A DNA stretch of 51,420 nucleotides from an uncultured Acidobacteriota bacterium. Its GTDB lineage: Bacteria; Acidobacteriota; Vicinamibacteria; Marinacidobacterales; Marinacidobacteraceae. The stretch spans positions 1 to 51,420 of the forward strand of contig CAYUVU010000266.1 in NCBI GenBank assembly GCA_964448205.1. Direction: 5' to 3'. Both the position numbers and the translations under genes were made by a program. The notes under the pieces are model-generated. The model made no database searches. It saw nothing but the letters and a program-made list of their open reading frames with translations, and had not been told where the DNA came from. How positions within the stretch are numbered: position 1 is the stretch's first letter; every line of letters begins with the position of its first letter. This document shows positions 12,622 to 26,278 of this stretch, piece after piece.

Positions 12622-13251
12622 TCAGGCCTTGCGAATCTCGACGGTCCCGCCGCGGGGTCCGGGGACGGCGCCGCGCACCGCCACCAGGTTTTCCCGCGCG
12701 TCGACCCGAACGATCCGGAGGTTCCGGACTGTCACGCGCTCCCGGCCGTGCTGGCCGGGAAGACGGGTGCCCGGGAGCACCCGCGAGGGAGTGGCGCACA
12801 TGCCGATCGCGCCCGGGGCGCGGTGGAACTTGGAGCCGTGCGACTTCGGCCCGCCGTGGAAGCCGTGCCGCTTCATCACTCCGGCGAAGCCCTTGCCCTT
12901 GCTGACTCCGGTGATCCGGACCACGTCGTCCGGAGAGAACACCTCGGCGCCAAGCCGGGAACCGATCTCCAGGTCCTCGCCCGAATCCGCCTCGAACTCG
13001 CGCAGCACCGAGGCGGCGGGGGCTCCGGCAGCCTTCAACCGGGCGGCGAGCGCCCGGTTGCGGGCGGGGCGGCTCCCCGGGCCGCGGGGCCGCTCCAGGC
13101 CGACCTGAACGGCTTCGTAGCCGTCGGCCGCCGCGGTCTTCTTCTGTACGACGACGCAGGGGCCCACCCGAATCAGGGTGACGGGAATCACCCGGCCGTC
13201 GTCCCCGAAATGCTGGGCCATCCCCAGCTTCGTGCCCAGCAGTCCGTTCAT
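12622..13251 (-). CDS. rplC: 50S ribosomal protein L3
   Basis: MNGLLGTKLGMAQHF..GRVIPVTLIRVGPCVVVQ...GKGFAGVMKRHGFHGGPKSHGS. Confidence 0.96.
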   Translation of the reverse strand: MNGLLGTKLGMAQHFGDDGRVIPVTLIRVGPCVVVQKKTAAADGYEAVQVGLERPRGPGSRPARNRALAARLKAAGAPAASVLREFEADSGEDLEIGSRLGAEVFSPDDVVRITGVSKGKGFAGVMKRHGFHGGPKSHGSKFHRAPGAIGMCATPSRVLPGTRLPGQHGRERVTVRNLRIVRVDARENLVAVRGAVPGPRGGTVEIRKA

Positions 13252-13281
13252 CGATCTTCCTCCGCGATTCCCGTTCGTGCC

Positions 13282-13614
13282 CTACTTGACCTGCGGCTCG
13301 CCGGCGACCATCGCCTTGATCTCGACATGAACGCCGGCCGGAAGATCCAGGCGCGACAACGCATCGACCGTGGTCGGAGTGGACCCCAGGATGTCCAGGA
13401 GCCGCTTGTGCGTCCGGAGTTCGAATTGCTCGCGGGACTTCTTGTCCACGTGCGGAGAGCGAAGCACGGTGTAGCGGTTCTTGACCGTCGGCAACGGAAT
13501 CGGGCCGGCTACCGTGGCGCCGGTCCGCTTCGCCGTCTCCACGATCTCACTGGTGGACTGGTCCAGCAGGCGGTGATCGAACGCCTTGAGTCGGATGCGG
13601 ATCTTTTCGTTCAT
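13282..13614 (-). CDS. rpsJ: 30S ribosomal protein S10
   Basis: [43 protein letters not shown]...; GAGGA SD in the 16-nt gap after fusA. Confidence 0.97.
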   Translation of the reverse strand: MNEKIRIRLKAFDHRLLDQSTSEIVETAKRTGATVAGPIPLPTVKNRYTVLRSPHVDKKSREQFELRTHKRLLDILGSTPTTVDALSRLDLPAGVHVEIKAMVAGEPQVK

Positions 13615-13630
13615 TCGGTTGCAGTCCTCG

Positions 13631-15703
<2,073 letters not shown>

Positions 15704-15942
15704 GGGAAGTGGCGGGCGTTGGGTGTCTTGAGGGTGATCCGACGGGAAGCGAGAGCTGGGGAAAGGGGTCCGAATTGCCTGCGGTTCGATTCGCGCGCCG
15801 TGACGAACGGATCGAGTCCGCCTCGCCGGGCCATCGGGGCCCGATCGAGCTGGACTCAGCAGTCGATCTCATCTGGCGAAATCGTGCTCGCTTCCTGAAT
15901 GGCAGTTCCTCCGGTTTGTTGTTTGCCGATGGGGTGGGGCGG

Positions 15943-16413
15943 TTACCAGCGATGGTGGGCGAAGGCCTTGTTCGCTTCCGCCATCTTGTGGGTGTCTTCC
16001 CGCTTCTTGATGGCCCCGCCCCGATTCTGGGAGGCGTCGAGCAACTCGCCCGCCAGCTTCTCCGCCATCGTCTTCTCCGGCCGCTTCCGGGCGTACCCGA
16101 CGAGCCAGCGGAGGGACAGCGACGTGCGCCGCTCGGGACGCACCTCGTACGGCACCTGGACGTTGGCGCCGCCTTTCCGGCGACTCTTCACCTCGAGAGT
16201 CGGCTTGACGTTCTGGACGGCCTCGCGAAAGGTCGTGAGCGGCTCGCCGCCGGTCTTGTCCTTGATGCGGTCGAAGGCCCCGTACACGATCGACTCGGCC
16301 GTCGACTTCTTCCCGTCCAGCATCACCTTGTTGATGAACGATGAGACGAGCGCGCTCTGGTAGCGGGCGTCCGGAGCGGGTTGCCGCTTCGGCACGTCAC
16401 GGCGTCTGGACAT
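15943..16413 (-). CDS. rpsG: 30S ribosomal protein S7
   Basis: [40 protein letters not shown]...[15 protein letters not shown]. Confidence 0.97.
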   Translation of the reverse strand: MSRRRDVPKRQPAPDARYQSALVSSFINKVMLDGKKSTAESIVYGAFDRIKDKTGGEPLTTFREAVQNVKPTLEVKSRRKGGANVQVPYEVRPERRTSLSLRWLVGYARKRPEKTMAEKLAGELLDASQNRGGAIKKREDTHKMAEANKAFAHHRW

Positions 16414-16449
16414 CTCCGAATCTCTCTTGCGTAAGGGCGGCTCTACCGG

Positions 16450-16824
16450 TCAGCTCTTGGGCCGCTTCGTTCCGTACTTGGACCGGCCGTTCTTTCGCCC
16501 GTCCACCCCGGTCGCGTCGAGAGCCCCGCGGATCACGTGGTACCGCACGCCCGGAAGATCCTTCACCCGGCCGCCGCGCAGGAGCACGATGGAGTGTTCC
16601 TGCAGGGAGTGCCCGACCCCGGGAATGTAGGTCGTGACCTCGATCCCGTTGGTAAGCCGCACCCGGGCGACTTTCCTGAGCGCCGAGTTCGGCTTCTTGG
16701 GGTTGATGGTGAAGACCCGCACGCACACTCCCCGCCGCTGCGGACACCGCTGGAGCGCCGGAGAGTCGGTGGCCGGGGCCATCCGCTTCCGTCCGCGGCG
16801 GACAAGCTGGTGAATCGTGGGCAT
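16450..16824 (-). CDS. rpsL: 30S ribosomal protein S12
   Basis: [14 protein letters not shown]...[37 protein letters not shown]. Confidence 0.97.
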   Translation of the reverse strand: MPTIHQLVRRGRKRMAPATDSPALQRCPQRRGVCVRVFTINPKKPNSALRKVARVRLTNGIEVTTYIPGVGHSLQEHSIVLLRGGRVKDLPGVRYHVIRGALDATGVDGRKNGRSKYGTKRPKS

Positions 16825-16840
16825 GGGGAAATCGGGTCCG

Positions 16841-16870
16841 AAGGAAAATGCTGCGCCCCCGCGGGGGCAG
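16841..16870 (-). promoter_or_regulatory. GC hairpin plus U-tract in the rpsL leader (attenuator- or terminator-like)
   Basis: Minus-strand RNA reads CUGCCCCCGCGGGGGCGCAG then CAUUUUCCUU, ending 17 nt before the rpsL ATG, which has no visible SD. Confidence 0.35.
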
Positions 16871-16996
16871 AGGAACTGGGACGTGCACCGCCCACCCGTC
16901 AGGGCTCGAAAAAGGCGATCGGCGGCTGTTTCCCGGGGGAAACGATGACGTCCACGACGCTCGAAGAGTGCGTTTCAGGCGCGTAGCGGACGAAGG

Positions 16997-17026
16997 ATTT
17001 TACGCGCTGGCGCGCGTACGTGTCAA
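16997..17026 (-). promoter_or_regulatory. sigma70-type promoter of the str operon (rpsL-rpsG-fusA...)
   Basis: Minus strand reads TTGACA (17026-17021), 18-nt spacer CGTACGCGCGCCAGCGCG, then TAAAAT (17002-16997). A striking AT-rich consensus in GC-rich DNA. Confidence 0.7.
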
Positions 17027-17048
17027 ATCCGAAAGGCCGGCAGCCGGT

Positions 17049-17089
17049 GGAAAAACTCACGTGAGCGCGGGGAGCGGCGACCCCCACGC
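17049..17089 (-). terminator. possible rpoC terminator
   Basis: RNA stem GCGUGGGG/CCCCGCGC (8 bp including one G-U) with a 9-nt loop, 22 nt after the rpoC stop. The U5 run is 9 nt from the stem, so this is non-canonical. Confidence 0.3.
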
Positions 17090-17111
17090 AAACGGGTGCT
17101 TCAGGGTCCCG

Positions 17112-20100
17112 TCAGTGGATCTCTTCGGCCAGCTCGGTCTCCGGATTCGGGTCTTCCTGGAGCATCGCCTGCCGGTGCGCGTCGATCTCCTCCGGCAGCA
17201 CGAAGCGCCGGTGCTCGCGGAGCCCGGTACCCGCCGGAATCAGCCGGCCCATGATCACGTTTTCCTTGAGCCCGCGGAGATAGTCCACCTTGCCGGTGAG
17301 CGACGCCTCGGTGAGGACCTTGGTGGTTTCCTGGAACGATGCGGCGGAGATGAAGCTGTCGGTGGCGAGCGAGGCCTTGGTGAGGCCGAGCAGCATCGGT
17401 TCTCCCTGGGCCGCCTGCCCGCCCTCTGCCTGAGCCTTGCGGTTGGCCTGGGCGAACTCGTGCCGATCCACGGTCGCGTCCACGATCAGGTCGGTGTCTC
17501 CCACATCGGTGACGCGCACCCAGCGCATCATCCGGCTGATGATGACTTCGATGTGCTTGTCGTCGATCACCACACCCTGCAGGCGATACACCTCCTGGAT
17601 CTCGTGGACGAGATACCGCTGCAGCTCGCCCTCGCCGAGGACCCGGAGGATGTCGTGCGGATTGCGCGGACCGTCCATGAGCGGGTCGCCCGCCCGGACT
17701 TCCTCGTTCTCCCGGACACTGATGTGGACACCGCGCGGCACCTCGTACTCGCGCACGTCGTCGGTGACCTGCGAAGTCACGCTGATGACGCGCTTGCCCT
17801 TGCGAACGTCGCCGTACTGCAGCCGCCCGTCGATCTCGCTGATCAGGGCGGGGGCCTTCGGCGGCCGGGCCTCGAAGAGCTCGACGACGCGCGGCAGGCC
17901 TCCGGTGATGTCCTTCGTCTTGGTGGTCTCCCGCGGAATCTTGGCGAGCACGTCGCCCGGACGGACGGCGTCACCCTCCTCGACCTCGAGATGGGCGCGC
18001 GAGGGCATCAGGTAGGTCCGGGGATCCTCACCCGAGGCGCCCTGAATCTCGATCCGCGGCTCGAACCGGTCGTCCGGAGACTCGATGATCACCGCCTGTG
18101 ACCGGAAGGTGACGTTGTCCACCTCCTGGATCATCGTCACGTCCGCAATGATGTCCCGGAATCGGACCATCCCTTCCTCCTCGGCCAGGATCGAGAAGCT
18201 GTAGGGGTCCCATTCGACGATCACCTGGCCGCTGCTCACGGCGCTGCCGGGGGCCGCCTTGATCCGCGCGCCGTAGACCACCGGATGGCTCTCCAGGATC
18301 CGTCCCTCGCCGTCGCCCACCTCCACGGTGCCGGCGCGGTTGATGACCACCAGGTTGCCGTGGCGATCCCCGACCGTGCGCAGGTTTTCCGAGAACTGCA
18401 TCACGCCGTCGTGGCGTGCTTCAAGGGCCGAGTTCTCGAAGACGCTGGCCGTCCCGCCGATGTGGAACGTCCGCATGGTCAACTGCGTGCCGGGCTCGCC
18501 GATCGACTGCGCCGCGATGATGCCGACCGCCTCGCCCAGATCCACAAGCCGCCCGGTGGCCAGGTTCCGGCCGTAGCACATCGCACAGACACCCCGCCGC
18601 GCATCGCAGGTGAGGACCGAGCGGATCTTGACCCGGGCCACGCCCGAACCCTCGATGGCGGTCGCGATCTCTTCGCTGATCTCCTCGCCGGCGTCAACGA
18701 TGAGATCCCCGCGGAAGTCCTTGACGGCCTCGAGGCTGACCCTGCCCACGATGCGGTCCCGAAGCGGCTCGATGACCTCTCCGGCCTCGATGATGGGCTC
18801 GGCGTAGATGCCCCGCAGGGTCCCGCAATCGACCAGGGTGACGATCACGTCCTGGGCCACGTCGGCAAGCCGGCGGGTGAGGTACCCGGCGTCCGCGGTT
18901 CGGAGCGCCGTATCCGCCAGACCCTTTCGCGCCCCGTTGGTCGAGATGAAGTACTGGATGACGCTGAGCCCCTCTCGGAAGTTGCTGGTAATCGGGGTCT
19001 CGATGATCTCTCCGGAGGTCTTGGCCATCAGGCCCCGCATGCCGGCGAGCTGCCGAATCTGCTTCTCGCTGCCCCGGGCGCCGGAGTCCACCATCATGAA
19101 GACGGGGCTGAACCGCCCGGTCTCCCGCTCCCTGACCTGCATGGTCTTCAGCATGTCTTCGGCCACTTTGTTGGTGGCGTTCGACCAGACGTCGATGACC
19201 TTGTTGTACCGCTCTCCGTGGGTGATCGCACCCTGCTGGTACTGCTCGTCAACCCGGCCGACCTCTTCCTTGGCCTCCTCGACCAGACGCGCCTTGTTCG
19301 GCGGGACCACGAGGTCGCCGAGTCCGATCGACGTTCCGCTGCGGGTCGCGTACTCGAACCCGACATCCTTCAGCGCGTCGAGGACGTCGGCGGTGGTCTC
19401 GAGCCCGTGGCGCAGATAGACGAGACGGACAAGGCTCTGAATGCCCTTCTTCTTGAGCACACCGTTCACGAACGGCAGGTCCCTGGGCAGCCGGTCGTTC
19501 AGGAGCACTCTCCCGACCGTGGTTTCGATCCGCCTGCCCTCGGCGTCCGAGACCTTCACCCGCAGCAGGTCCTGGCTGTCGTGCGTCTCCAGGAGTTCGC
19601 CCGAGTACCGCAACTGAATCGGCGTCAGGGTGGCGATCTGTCCGCTCTCGTGAGCGAGCAGTACCTCCTCGATCGAGGAAAAAGCCTGTTTTTCCTCCGG
19701 CGGAGTCACCTGCGGCTTCGTCAGGTAGTAGATACCGAGCACCATGTCCTGCGTCGGGACGGCGAGCGGTCCGCCGTGCGCGGGCGAGAGGATGTTTCGC
19801 GAGGAACGCATCAACAGCGACGCCTCCACCTGCGCCTCGGGGCTCAGGGGAACGTGGACCGCCATCTGATCGCCGTCGAAATCGGCGTTGAACGCGCTGC
19901 AGACCAGCGGGTGGATCCGGATCGCCTTCCCCTCGACCAGAACCGGCTCGAATGCCTGGATGCCGAGCCGGTGAAGCGTCGGGGCGCGGTTGAGCAGCAC
20001 GGAATGCTCGCTGATGACCTCTTCGAGGTAGTCCCAGACCTCGGGACGCTGTTCCTCCACGAGTTCGCGGGCCTGCTTGATCGTGGCGGCCAGCCCCTCG

Positions 20101-21452
20101 TGCTCCAGCCTGTTGAACAGGAAGGGCTTGAACAGCTCGAGCGCCATCTTCTTGGGAAGGCCGCACTGATGGACCTTCAGCTCCGGGCCGACCACGATGA
20201 CGGACCGGCCGGAATAGTCCACGCGCTTGCCGAGCAGGTTCTGGCGGAACCGGCCCTGCTTCCCCTTGAGCGTGTCGGAGAGGGACTTGAGCGGGCGGTT
20301 GTTCGTGCCCTTCAGCACGCGGCCGCGGCGGCCGTTGTCGAAGAGGGCGTCCACGGCTTCCTGGAGCATGCGCTGCTCGTTCCGGACGATCACGTCGGGG
20401 GCGCGCAGTTCGAGCAGCCGCCGAAGCCGATTGTTGCGGTTGATGACCTTCCGGTAGAGCTCGTTGAGATCGCTGGTGGCGAAGCGTCCACCATCGAGCG
20501 GAACCAGCGGACGAAGGTCCGGCGGGATCACCGGGATGACGTCCATGATCATCCACTCGGGAAGGTTCCCTGACTTCCGGAACGCATCCACGACCTTCAG
20601 CCGCTTCGCCGCCTTGGTCCGCTTCTGGATGGACCGCTCGTGGCGCATGGCGTGCCGCAACTCGACCGCAAGGCTTTCGAGATCCGCTTCGTGAAGCAGT
20701 TGCTTGGCGGCTCCGGCTCCCATTCCCGCCCGGTAGGTGCTTCCGGGGCGCTTCAGTTTCTCGCGGAATTCGTTGTCGGTCCGGCCGAAGAGGCGCTTGA
20801 GCAGGCGATCCTGGTCTTCCGTGACCACCTGGCCCTTGCGGAGGGTCCCGAGCCTGATGTTGCCCACCGTGCAGCCCTGGTCTCCCTCGTCGAAGGAGAA
20901 AGCGAAGAGCTGCTGCAGCAACTGCGCCTCCTCGAGCGTGAGCGTGACTTCCTTTTCCCGCAGGAGCGAGATGTCGACGTCGCCGGGATCCAGGACGACG
21001 TACGACTCGTAGTAGAGGATTCGTTCGAGTTCCCGCGGGGTCAGATCCAGGACCTGGCCGATACGGCTCGGCGGGACCTTGAAGAACCAGACGTGGGAAA
21101 CCGGGCAGGCCAGCTCGATGTGCCCCAGCCGGCTGCGACGGACCGATGCCTGCGTCACCTCCACGCCGCACTTGTCGCAGATGACGCCCCGGTGCTTCAT
21201 GCGCTTGTACTTGCCGCACAAGCACTCCCAGTCGCTGATGGGACCAAAGATCTGAGCGCAGAAAAGTCCGCCCCGTTCCGGCTTCAGGGTCCGGTAGTTG
21301 ATGGTCTCGGCTTTCGTGACCTCTCCGTGGGACCACGCCCTGATCTTTTCGGGCGACGCGATCGAGATCTTGATGGCGTCGAAATCAGAGCTGAAGGTTT
21401 CCCTTTCCTCAAGGTCCGGGAAGACTCCGGCGGTTTCCCTGGTTGTCTGCAT
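17112..21452 (-). CDS. rpoC: DNA-directed RNA polymerase subunit beta'
   Basis: 1446 aa; Zn motif [23 protein letters not shown]; catalytic NADFDGDQM. Confidence 0.98.
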   Translation of the reverse strand: MQTTRETAGVFPDLEERETFSSDFDAIKISIASPEKIRAWSHGEVTKAETINYRTLKPERGGLFCAQIFGPISDWECLCGKYKRMKHRGVICDKCGVEVTQASVRRSRLGHIELACPVSHVWFFKVPPSRIGQVLDLTPRELERILYYESYVVLDPGDVDISLLREKEVTLTLEEAQLLQQLFAFSFDEGDQGCTVGNIRLGTLRKGQVVTEDQDRLLKRLFGRTDNEFREKLKRPGSTYRAGMGAGAAKQLLHEADLESLAVELRHAMRHERSIQKRTKAAKRLKVVDAFRKSGNLPEWMIMDVIPVIPPDLRPLVPLDGGRFATSDLNELYRKVINRNNRLRRLLELRAPDVIVRNEQRMLQEAVDALFDNGRRGRVLKGTNNRPLKSLSDTLKGKQGRFRQNLLGKRVDYSGRSVIVVGPELKVHQCGLPKKMALELFKPFLFNRLEHEGLAATIKQARELVEEQRPEVWDYLEEVISEHSVLLNRAPTLHRLGIQAFEPVLVEGKAIRIHPLVCSAFNADFDGDQMAVHVPLSPEAQVEASLLMRSSRNILSPAHGGPLAVPTQDMVLGIYYLTKPQVTPPEEKQAFSSIEEVLLAHESGQIATLTPIQLRYSGELLETHDSQDLLRVKVSDAEGRRIETTVGRVLLNDRLPRDLPFVNGVLKKKGIQSLVRLVYLRHGLETTADVLDALKDVGFEYATRSGTSIGLGDLVVPPNKARLVEEAKEEVGRVDEQYQQGAITHGERYNKVIDVWSNATNKVAEDMLKTMQVRERETGRFSPVFMMVDSGARGSEKQIRQLAGMRGLMAKTSGEIIETPITSNFREGLSVIQYFISTNGARKGLADTALRTADAGYLTRRLADVAQDVIVTLVDCGTLRGIYAEPIIEAGEVIEPLRDRIVGRVSLEAVKDFRGDLIVDAGEEISEEIATAIEGSGVARVKIRSVLTCDARRGVCAMCYGRNLATGRLVDLGEAVGIIAAQSIGEPGTQLTMRTFHIGGTASVFENSALEARHDGVMQFSENLRTVGDRHGNLVVINRAGTVEVGDGEGRILESHPVVYGARIKAAPGSAVSSGQVIVEWDPYSFSILAEEEGMVRFRDIIADVTMIQEVDNVTFRSQAVIIESPDDRFEPRIEIQGASGEDPRTYLMPSRAHLEVEEGDAVRPGDVLAKIPRETTKTKDITGGLPRVVELFEARPPKAPALISEIDGRLQYGDVRKGKRVISVTSQVTDDVREYEVPRGVHISVRENEEVRAGDPLMDGPRNPHDILRVLGEGELQRYLVHEIQEVYRLQGVVIDDKHIEVIISRMMRWVRVTDVGDTDLIVDATVDRHEFAQANRKAQAEGGQAAQGEPMLLGLTKASLATDSFISAASFQETTKVLTEASLTGKVDYLRGLKENVIMGRLIPAGTGLREHRRFVLPEEIDAHRQAMLQEDPNPETELAEEIH

Positions 21453-21483
21453 TTCGTCCCTCTCGATTGTTGGTGTTTCCCGA

Positions 21484-24400
21484 TCAGTTCTTGGCGCGGA
21501 TCAGTTCGATGTCGAGCCCCAGGCTCTGGATTTCCGCCATCAGCACCTTGAACGATGCCGGCACCTCGGGCGAATAGCTCGTGTCGCCCTTCACGATGGA
21601 CTCGTAGACCTTTGCGCGGCCCCGAACGTCGTCCGACTTCACGGTCAGGATCTCCTGGAGCGTGTGAGCGGCGCCGTAGGCTTCGATCGCCCACACTTCC
21701 ATCTCGCCGAACCGCTGACCGCCGAACTGCGCCTTTCCGCCAAGCGGCTGCTGCGTGATCAGGCTGTAGGGCCCGATGCTCCGAGCGTGCATCTTGTCGT
21801 CCACGAGGTGCCCGAGCTTGAGCATGTAGATGTACCCGGAAGTAACCGGCTGATCGAAGGGTCTCCCGGTGCGGCCGTCGTAGAGAACGGTCTTGCCGTC
21901 CTCGAGGACATTCGGCCGCAGACCATCCTCCTCGTCGGCCCGCTCGTTGGCCTCCTCGAGGAGTTTGCGGATGTCGGTCTCCCGGGCTCCGTCGAAGACG
22001 GGCGTGGCGAAGTGGCGATCCAGCACGCGCGCCGCCCAGCCAAGGTGCGTCTCGAGGATCTGGCCGATGTTCATCCGCGACGGAACGCCCAGCGGGTTCA
22101 GGATGATGTCCACCGGGGTGCCGTCCGGCAGGAACGGCATGTCCTCGACGGGCACGATCTTGGCGATGACGCCCTTGTTGCCGTGCCGGCCGGCCATCTT
22201 GTCGCCCACGCTGAGCTTCCGCTTCATGGCGACGTAGACCTTGACCATCTTGATGACGCCGGGCGGAAGATCGTCCCCCTGGCTCACCACGGCCTGCTGC
22301 TCGTCGCGGCGAACCGAGAGCAGATCCAGTTGTTCCTCGGTCTTTTCCTGGATCTCCTGGATCTCGTCCCGCACGTCGTCGGCAAGATCGGTCTCGAACA
22401 GGGGAACGAAGTCCAGCCGCTTCAACAGCTCCTTCCGGGTCAGGCGCGTGCCCTTCTTGAGCTCGACCTCGCCGGTGGCGGGGTTCATGCAGTCCTCGAC
22501 CAGGCTGGCGCCCACCATGCGGTCCACGATGCGCTTGTCGCACTCCTCGCGCAGGATCCGCTCCTCGTCGCGGTAGTCGCGCTCGATGGCCTCGATGTCG
22601 TCCGCCTCGATCGACAGCGCGCGCTCGTCGCGGTTCGCATCCTTCCGATGGAAGACCCGAACGTCGACGACCACTCCCTCGACCCCTGACGGGCACTTGA
22701 GCGAAGAGTTCTTGACGTCTCCCGCCTTGTCTCCAAAGATGGCCCGGAGGAGTTTCTCCTCCGGAGTCAACTGGGCCTCGGCCTTGGGAGTGACCCGCCC
22801 GACCAGGATGTCGCCGGGACTGACCCGGGCGCCGATGCGGACGATTCCCGACTCGTCGAGATTCCTCAGGAAGCTCTCCGCGACGCCGGGCACCTCGCGC
22901 GTGATGGACTCCGGACCCAGCTTGGTGTCCCGCGCCTGCACCGTGTGCTCTTCGATGTGGATCGAGGTGTAGCTGTCGTCCTGGACGAGCCGCTCCGAAA
23001 CGATGATCGCGTCCTCGAAGTTGTAGCCGCGCCACGGCATGAAGGCGACGAGCACGTTCCGGCCGAGCGCCAGTTCGCCGCCGTCGGTGCACGGCCCGTC
23101 CGCGATGATCTGACCCCTCGCGACGCGTTCGCCCACCTCGACGAGCGGCTTCTGGTTGATGGAGGTGTTCTGGTTGGAGCGGCGGAACTTCTTCAACCGG
23201 TAGATGCTGGCCCCGATCTCGGTCTCGTCGCCCCCGTCGCTCTCCTTGCGGACGATGATCCGGCGCCCGTCGACCCGGTCCACGACCCCGTTCTCCCGGC
23301 ACACGATGACCGATCCGGAATCGCGGGCGGTCACGAACTCCATGCCCGTGCCCACGAGCGGCGCCTCCGCCGTGATGAGGGGGACCGCCTGGCGCTGCAT
23401 GTTCGAGCCCATCAGGGCCCGGTTCGCATCGTCGTTCTCGAGGAAGGGAACCAGCGAAGCCGCCACCGAGACGATCTGCTTCGGGGACACGTCGATGAAG
23501 TCGACGTTCTCCCTCGGCGCGGGCACGAACTCGCCCTCGTGACGGCAGTTGACCCGTGAGTCCAGAAGCTCGCCGCGCTCGCCCACCCGGGCGTTCGCCT
23601 GCGCGATCGTGTGGCGTTCTTCCTCGAGCGCCGACAGGTAGAACGCGTGCGGAATGAGAGTGGCGGTCTTGCGGCGGCGCCCGATCTTGGCGTTGGCCGC
23701 CTCGGCCTCCTTCCGCGGAACGATGCCGCCGGCCTCGAGCTTGGTGTCCCCGGGATCCTCGACGCGGACGTAGTCCACGATCCGGCCGTCCGCGACCTTC
23801 CGGTAGGGACTCTGGATGAAACCGTAGTTGTCGATCGTGGCGTAGCAGGAGAGCGAACTGATCAGCCCGATGTTCGGACCTTCGGGCGTCTCGATGGGAC
23901 AAATGCGCCCGTAGTGCGTTGCGTGGACATCCCGCACGTCGAACTTGGCGCGGTCACGCGAGAGTCCTCCCGGACCCAGCGCCGAGAGACGGCGCTTGTG
24001 CGTCACCTCGGACAGCGGATTCGTCTGTTCCATGAACTGCGAGAGCTGGGAGGCGCCGAAGAACTCGCGCACGGCGGCGGTCACCGGCTTCGCGTTGATG
24101 AGGTCCCGCGGCATCGCGGTCGTCATCTCCTGATACACGTTCATCTTTTCGCGAATCGCGCGCTCCATCCGGACGAGACCCAGGCGGAACTGGTTCTCGA
24201 GGAGTTCGCCGACCGACCGGACGCGGCGGTTGCCGAGGTGGTCGATGTCGTCCGCCCGATAACCGCTCTCACCGCGGGTGAGCCGCAGGAGGTAGTCCAG
24301 AACGAGAACGAAGTCCTCTTCCGCGAGGATCGTCCGGTTGGGATCCATCTCGCGCTCGAGTTTGGTCGCCAGCTTGCGGCGGCCGACCCGGGAGAAGTCG

Positions 24401-25707
24401 TACTTCTGTTCATTGAAGAACAGGTTGTGGAGCAGGGTCCGGGAGCTTTCCACCGTCGGCTGGTCGCCGGGACGCTGCCGGCGATAGAGCTCGACGAGCG
24501 CTCCGTCGACACTCTCGGCGTTTGGCACGTCCGTGCCCCGCTGCCGTGTGAGGGGATCCTTGTCCAGGGTGTCGGCCAGGACGGTGCCTACCGGATCCGC
24601 GCCCGGCAGCACGACCCGGATCGGGCCTGCGTCACCGAGTTCATCCACGAGTTCCGGGGTCAGCCGCGTGTTGGCCGGAACCTCCTCACCGGTGTCCGGA
24701 ATCGTCACGGCGACGGCCAGCCGGAAACCGCCGAGGGCCTCGAGATGGAAGTCCAGCGCCTTCCGGTCCTGCCGGGTCAGCCTCCGGATGTCGCCCCGGC
24801 TGATGCGTTTTCCGCCTTCGATGACGACCTCACCGTCCGACTCGATGTCCCGCTCGATGCGCTCGTCGAGGAGCATCTCCTTCAGCGTTTCGGTCAGCGG
24901 CAGCCGGACCCGGTCCCCGGCCAGCGTCGCTTCGTGCGGATGAAAGAAGCGCGCCAGGATCGATTCCGTCTTCCCGAACCCGAGCGCCCTGAGGAAGATC
25001 GTGGCCGGAAAGCGCTTCTTGCGGTCGATGCGGACCTGCAGGAGCCCCCGCGCGTCCGTCTCGAATTCGAGCCAGGAGCCCCGATAGGGCACTACCTGGG
25101 CGAGAAAACAACCGCGCTCCGCCTCATGGAAAAAGACTCCCGGCGAACGATGCAGCTGGGAGACCACCACGCGCTCGGTCCCGTTGATGATGAACGTTCC
25201 GTTCTCGGTCATCAGCGGGATGTCGCCGAAGAAGACCTCCTCTTCCTTGATGTCGTGGATCGACCGCTGGTTGGTTTCCGGATCCCGGTCCCAGACGGTC
25301 AGCCTGATCTTGACCTTCAGGGGTACGGCGTACGTCTTGCCGCGCTGCTGGCACTGCTCCACATCGTGCTCGACCTTCAGGTGGACCCGGTCCCCGCAGT
25401 AGTTGCAGACCGAGCCGTTCCGGGTGTGTTCGATGCCCTCGAGCTCGCCGCAACTGCAGGCCCAGCGGCCTACCGAGTACTCGAGAAAGTCCAGTTCGCA
25501 GTTGTCGCGAAAGTCCTTGATGGGGAAGATGGACCGGAACACAGCCTGGAGGCCGATCTCCTCGCGATCCTGGGGCTGCAGGTCCTTCTGCAGGAATCGG
25601 TCGTACGACCGATGCTGGACCTCGATGAGCTTGGGCAGCGGGATCGACGCACGAATGCGGGAGAAGTCGTGCCGCGGTTTCTTCGGAGTGATTTCAACGG
25701 TCAGCAT
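21484..25707 (-). CDS. rpoB: DNA-directed RNA polymerase subunit beta
   Basis: 1407 aa; ...[19 protein letters not shown]..., ...[13 protein letters not shown]..., ...[12 protein letters not shown]... Confidence 0.98.
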   Translation of the reverse strand: MLTVEITPKKPRHDFSRIRASIPLPKLIEVQHRSYDRFLQKDLQPQDREEIGLQAVFRSIFPIKDFRDNCELDFLEYSVGRWACSCGELEGIEHTRNGSVCNYCGDRVHLKVEHDVEQCQQRGKTYAVPLKVKIRLTVWDRDPETNQRSIHDIKEEEVFFGDIPLMTENGTFIINGTERVVVSQLHRSPGVFFHEAERGCFLAQVVPYRGSWLEFETDARGLLQVRIDRKKRFPATIFLRALGFGKTESILARFFHPHEATLAGDRVRLPLTETLKEMLLDERIERDIESDGEVVIEGGKRISRGDIRRLTRQDRKALDFHLEALGGFRLAVAVTIPDTGEEVPANTRLTPELVDELGDAGPIRVVLPGADPVGTVLADTLDKDPLTRQRGTDVPNAESVDGALVELYRRQRPGDQPTVESSRTLLHNLFFNEQKYDFSRVGRRKLATKLEREMDPNRTILAEEDFVLVLDYLLRLTRGESGYRADDIDHLGNRRVRSVGELLENQFRLGLVRMERAIREKMNVYQEMTTAMPRDLINAKPVTAAVREFFGASQLSQFMEQTNPLSEVTHKRRLSALGPGGLSRDRAKFDVRDVHATHYGRICPIETPEGPNIGLISSLSCYATIDNYGFIQSPYRKVADGRIVDYVRVEDPGDTKLEAGGIVPRKEAEAANAKIGRRRKTATLIPHAFYLSALEEERHTIAQANARVGERGELLDSRVNCRHEGEFVPAPRENVDFIDVSPKQIVSVAASLVPFLENDDANRALMGSNMQRQAVPLITAEAPLVGTGMEFVTARDSGSVIVCRENGVVDRVDGRRIIVRKESDGGDETEIGASIYRLKKFRRSNQNTSINQKPLVEVGERVARGQIIADGPCTDGGELALGRNVLVAFMPWRGYNFEDAIIVSERLVQDDSYTSIHIEEHTVQARDTKLGPESITREVPGVAESFLRNLDESGIVRIGARVSPGDILVGRVTPKAEAQLTPEEKLLRAIFGDKAGDVKNSSLKCPSGVEGVVVDVRVFHRKDANRDERALSIEADDIEAIERDYRDEERILREECDKRIVDRMVGASLVEDCMNPATGEVELKKGTRLTRKELLKRLDFVPLFETDLADDVRDEIQEIQEKTEEQLDLLSVRRDEQQAVVSQGDDLPPGVIKMVKVYVAMKRKLSVGDKMAGRHGNKGVIAKIVPVEDMPFLPDGTPVDIILNPLGVPSRMNIGQILETHLGWAARVLDRHFATPVFDGARETDIRKLLEEANERADEEDGLRPNVLEDGKTVLYDGRTGRPFDQPVTSGYIYMLKLGHLVDDKMHARSIGPYSLITQQPLGGKAQFGGQRFGEMEVWAIEAYGAAHTLQEILTVKSDDVRGRAKVYESIVKGDTSYSPEVPASFKVLMAEIQSLGLDIELIRAKN

Positions 25708-25807
25708 GGGGACGGCCTGTTCGCGTTGCTACGAGACACCCGACGCGGGCCGCCAGGGTGCGCCCCGATGGGTCGGGAGATAGTCCGGACGGCCGCTGCC
25801 GCCGGCC

Positions 25808-25827
25808 GATGGCGGGCCTCCGCCATC
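25808..25827 (-). promoter_or_regulatory. 8-bp hairpin in the rplL-rpoB spacer
   Basis: gatggcgg-gcct-ccgccatc, perfect palindrome arms, no U-tract. Same position as the E. coli rplL-rpoB attenuator / RNase III site. Confidence 0.3.
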
Positions 25828-25888
25828 AGCCGAGCGCGGGACGCGGCGAAACCGGGGAAAAGAACTTGGCAAAGGAGACGCACCCGAT

Positions 25889-26278
25889 CTACTTGATTTC
25901 GATCGTCGCGCCGACCTCCTTGAAGCGCTCCTGGATCGCCTTGGCCTCCTCCATGGGAATGGCCTCCTTGACCGCTTTGGGAGCCTCTTCCACGAGTGTC
26001 TTCGCCTCCCGGAGGCCCAGACTCGTCAGTTCGCGCACCGCCTTGATGACCTGAACCCGGTTCGGCCCGGTCTCCGTGAGCACGGCGTCGAACTCCGTCT
26101 GTTCCTCGACCGGCGCGGCGTCACCGCCGCCGGCCGCGACCGCCACCGGCATTGCCGCCGCGGCGGAAACTCCAAGTTCATCTTCGAGCGCCTTGACGAG
26201 TTCGGACAACTCCAACACGGTGAGCTGCTTGATGTGGTTGACAACGTCCTGCTGGCTGATTGTCGACATGGTGGGCAT
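25889..26278 (-). CDS. rplL: 50S ribosomal protein L7/L12
   Basis: ...[23 protein letters not shown]...[21 protein letters not shown]...; alternative ATG at 26269. Confidence 0.96.
   Translation of the reverse strand: MPTMSTISQQDVVNHIKQLTVLELSELVKALEDELGVSAAAAMPVAVAAGGGDAAPVEEQTEFDAVLTETGPNRVQVIKAVRELTSLGLREAKTLVEEAPKAVKEAIPMEEAKAIQERFKEVGATIEIK

Noticed and set aside
18285-20573. Very long antisense or out-of-frame ORFs in the track. Examples are 18285..20573, 23611..25896, 6287..8047, 8755..10065, 10741..11967, 40723..42885, 42599..44104, 44644..46248, 46217..47992 and 49672..51207.
   Set aside because: Each lies opposite to, or out of frame with, a gene whose product is unmistakable (rpoC, rpoB, ribosomal proteins, ispE, TPR protein, purH, selA, LLM). 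Their translations are Arg/Pro/Gly/Ala-rich with no recognisable motifs. Stop-poor alternative frames are expected in DNA this GC-rich.
20727-20993. About 55 extra residues in beta' (aa 154-242) relative to E. coli, between conserved regions A and B.
   Set aside because: This site is a known hot spot for lineage-specific beta' insertions (Thermus carries a much larger one there). No distinctive motif is seen, so it is treated as ordinary lineage variation.
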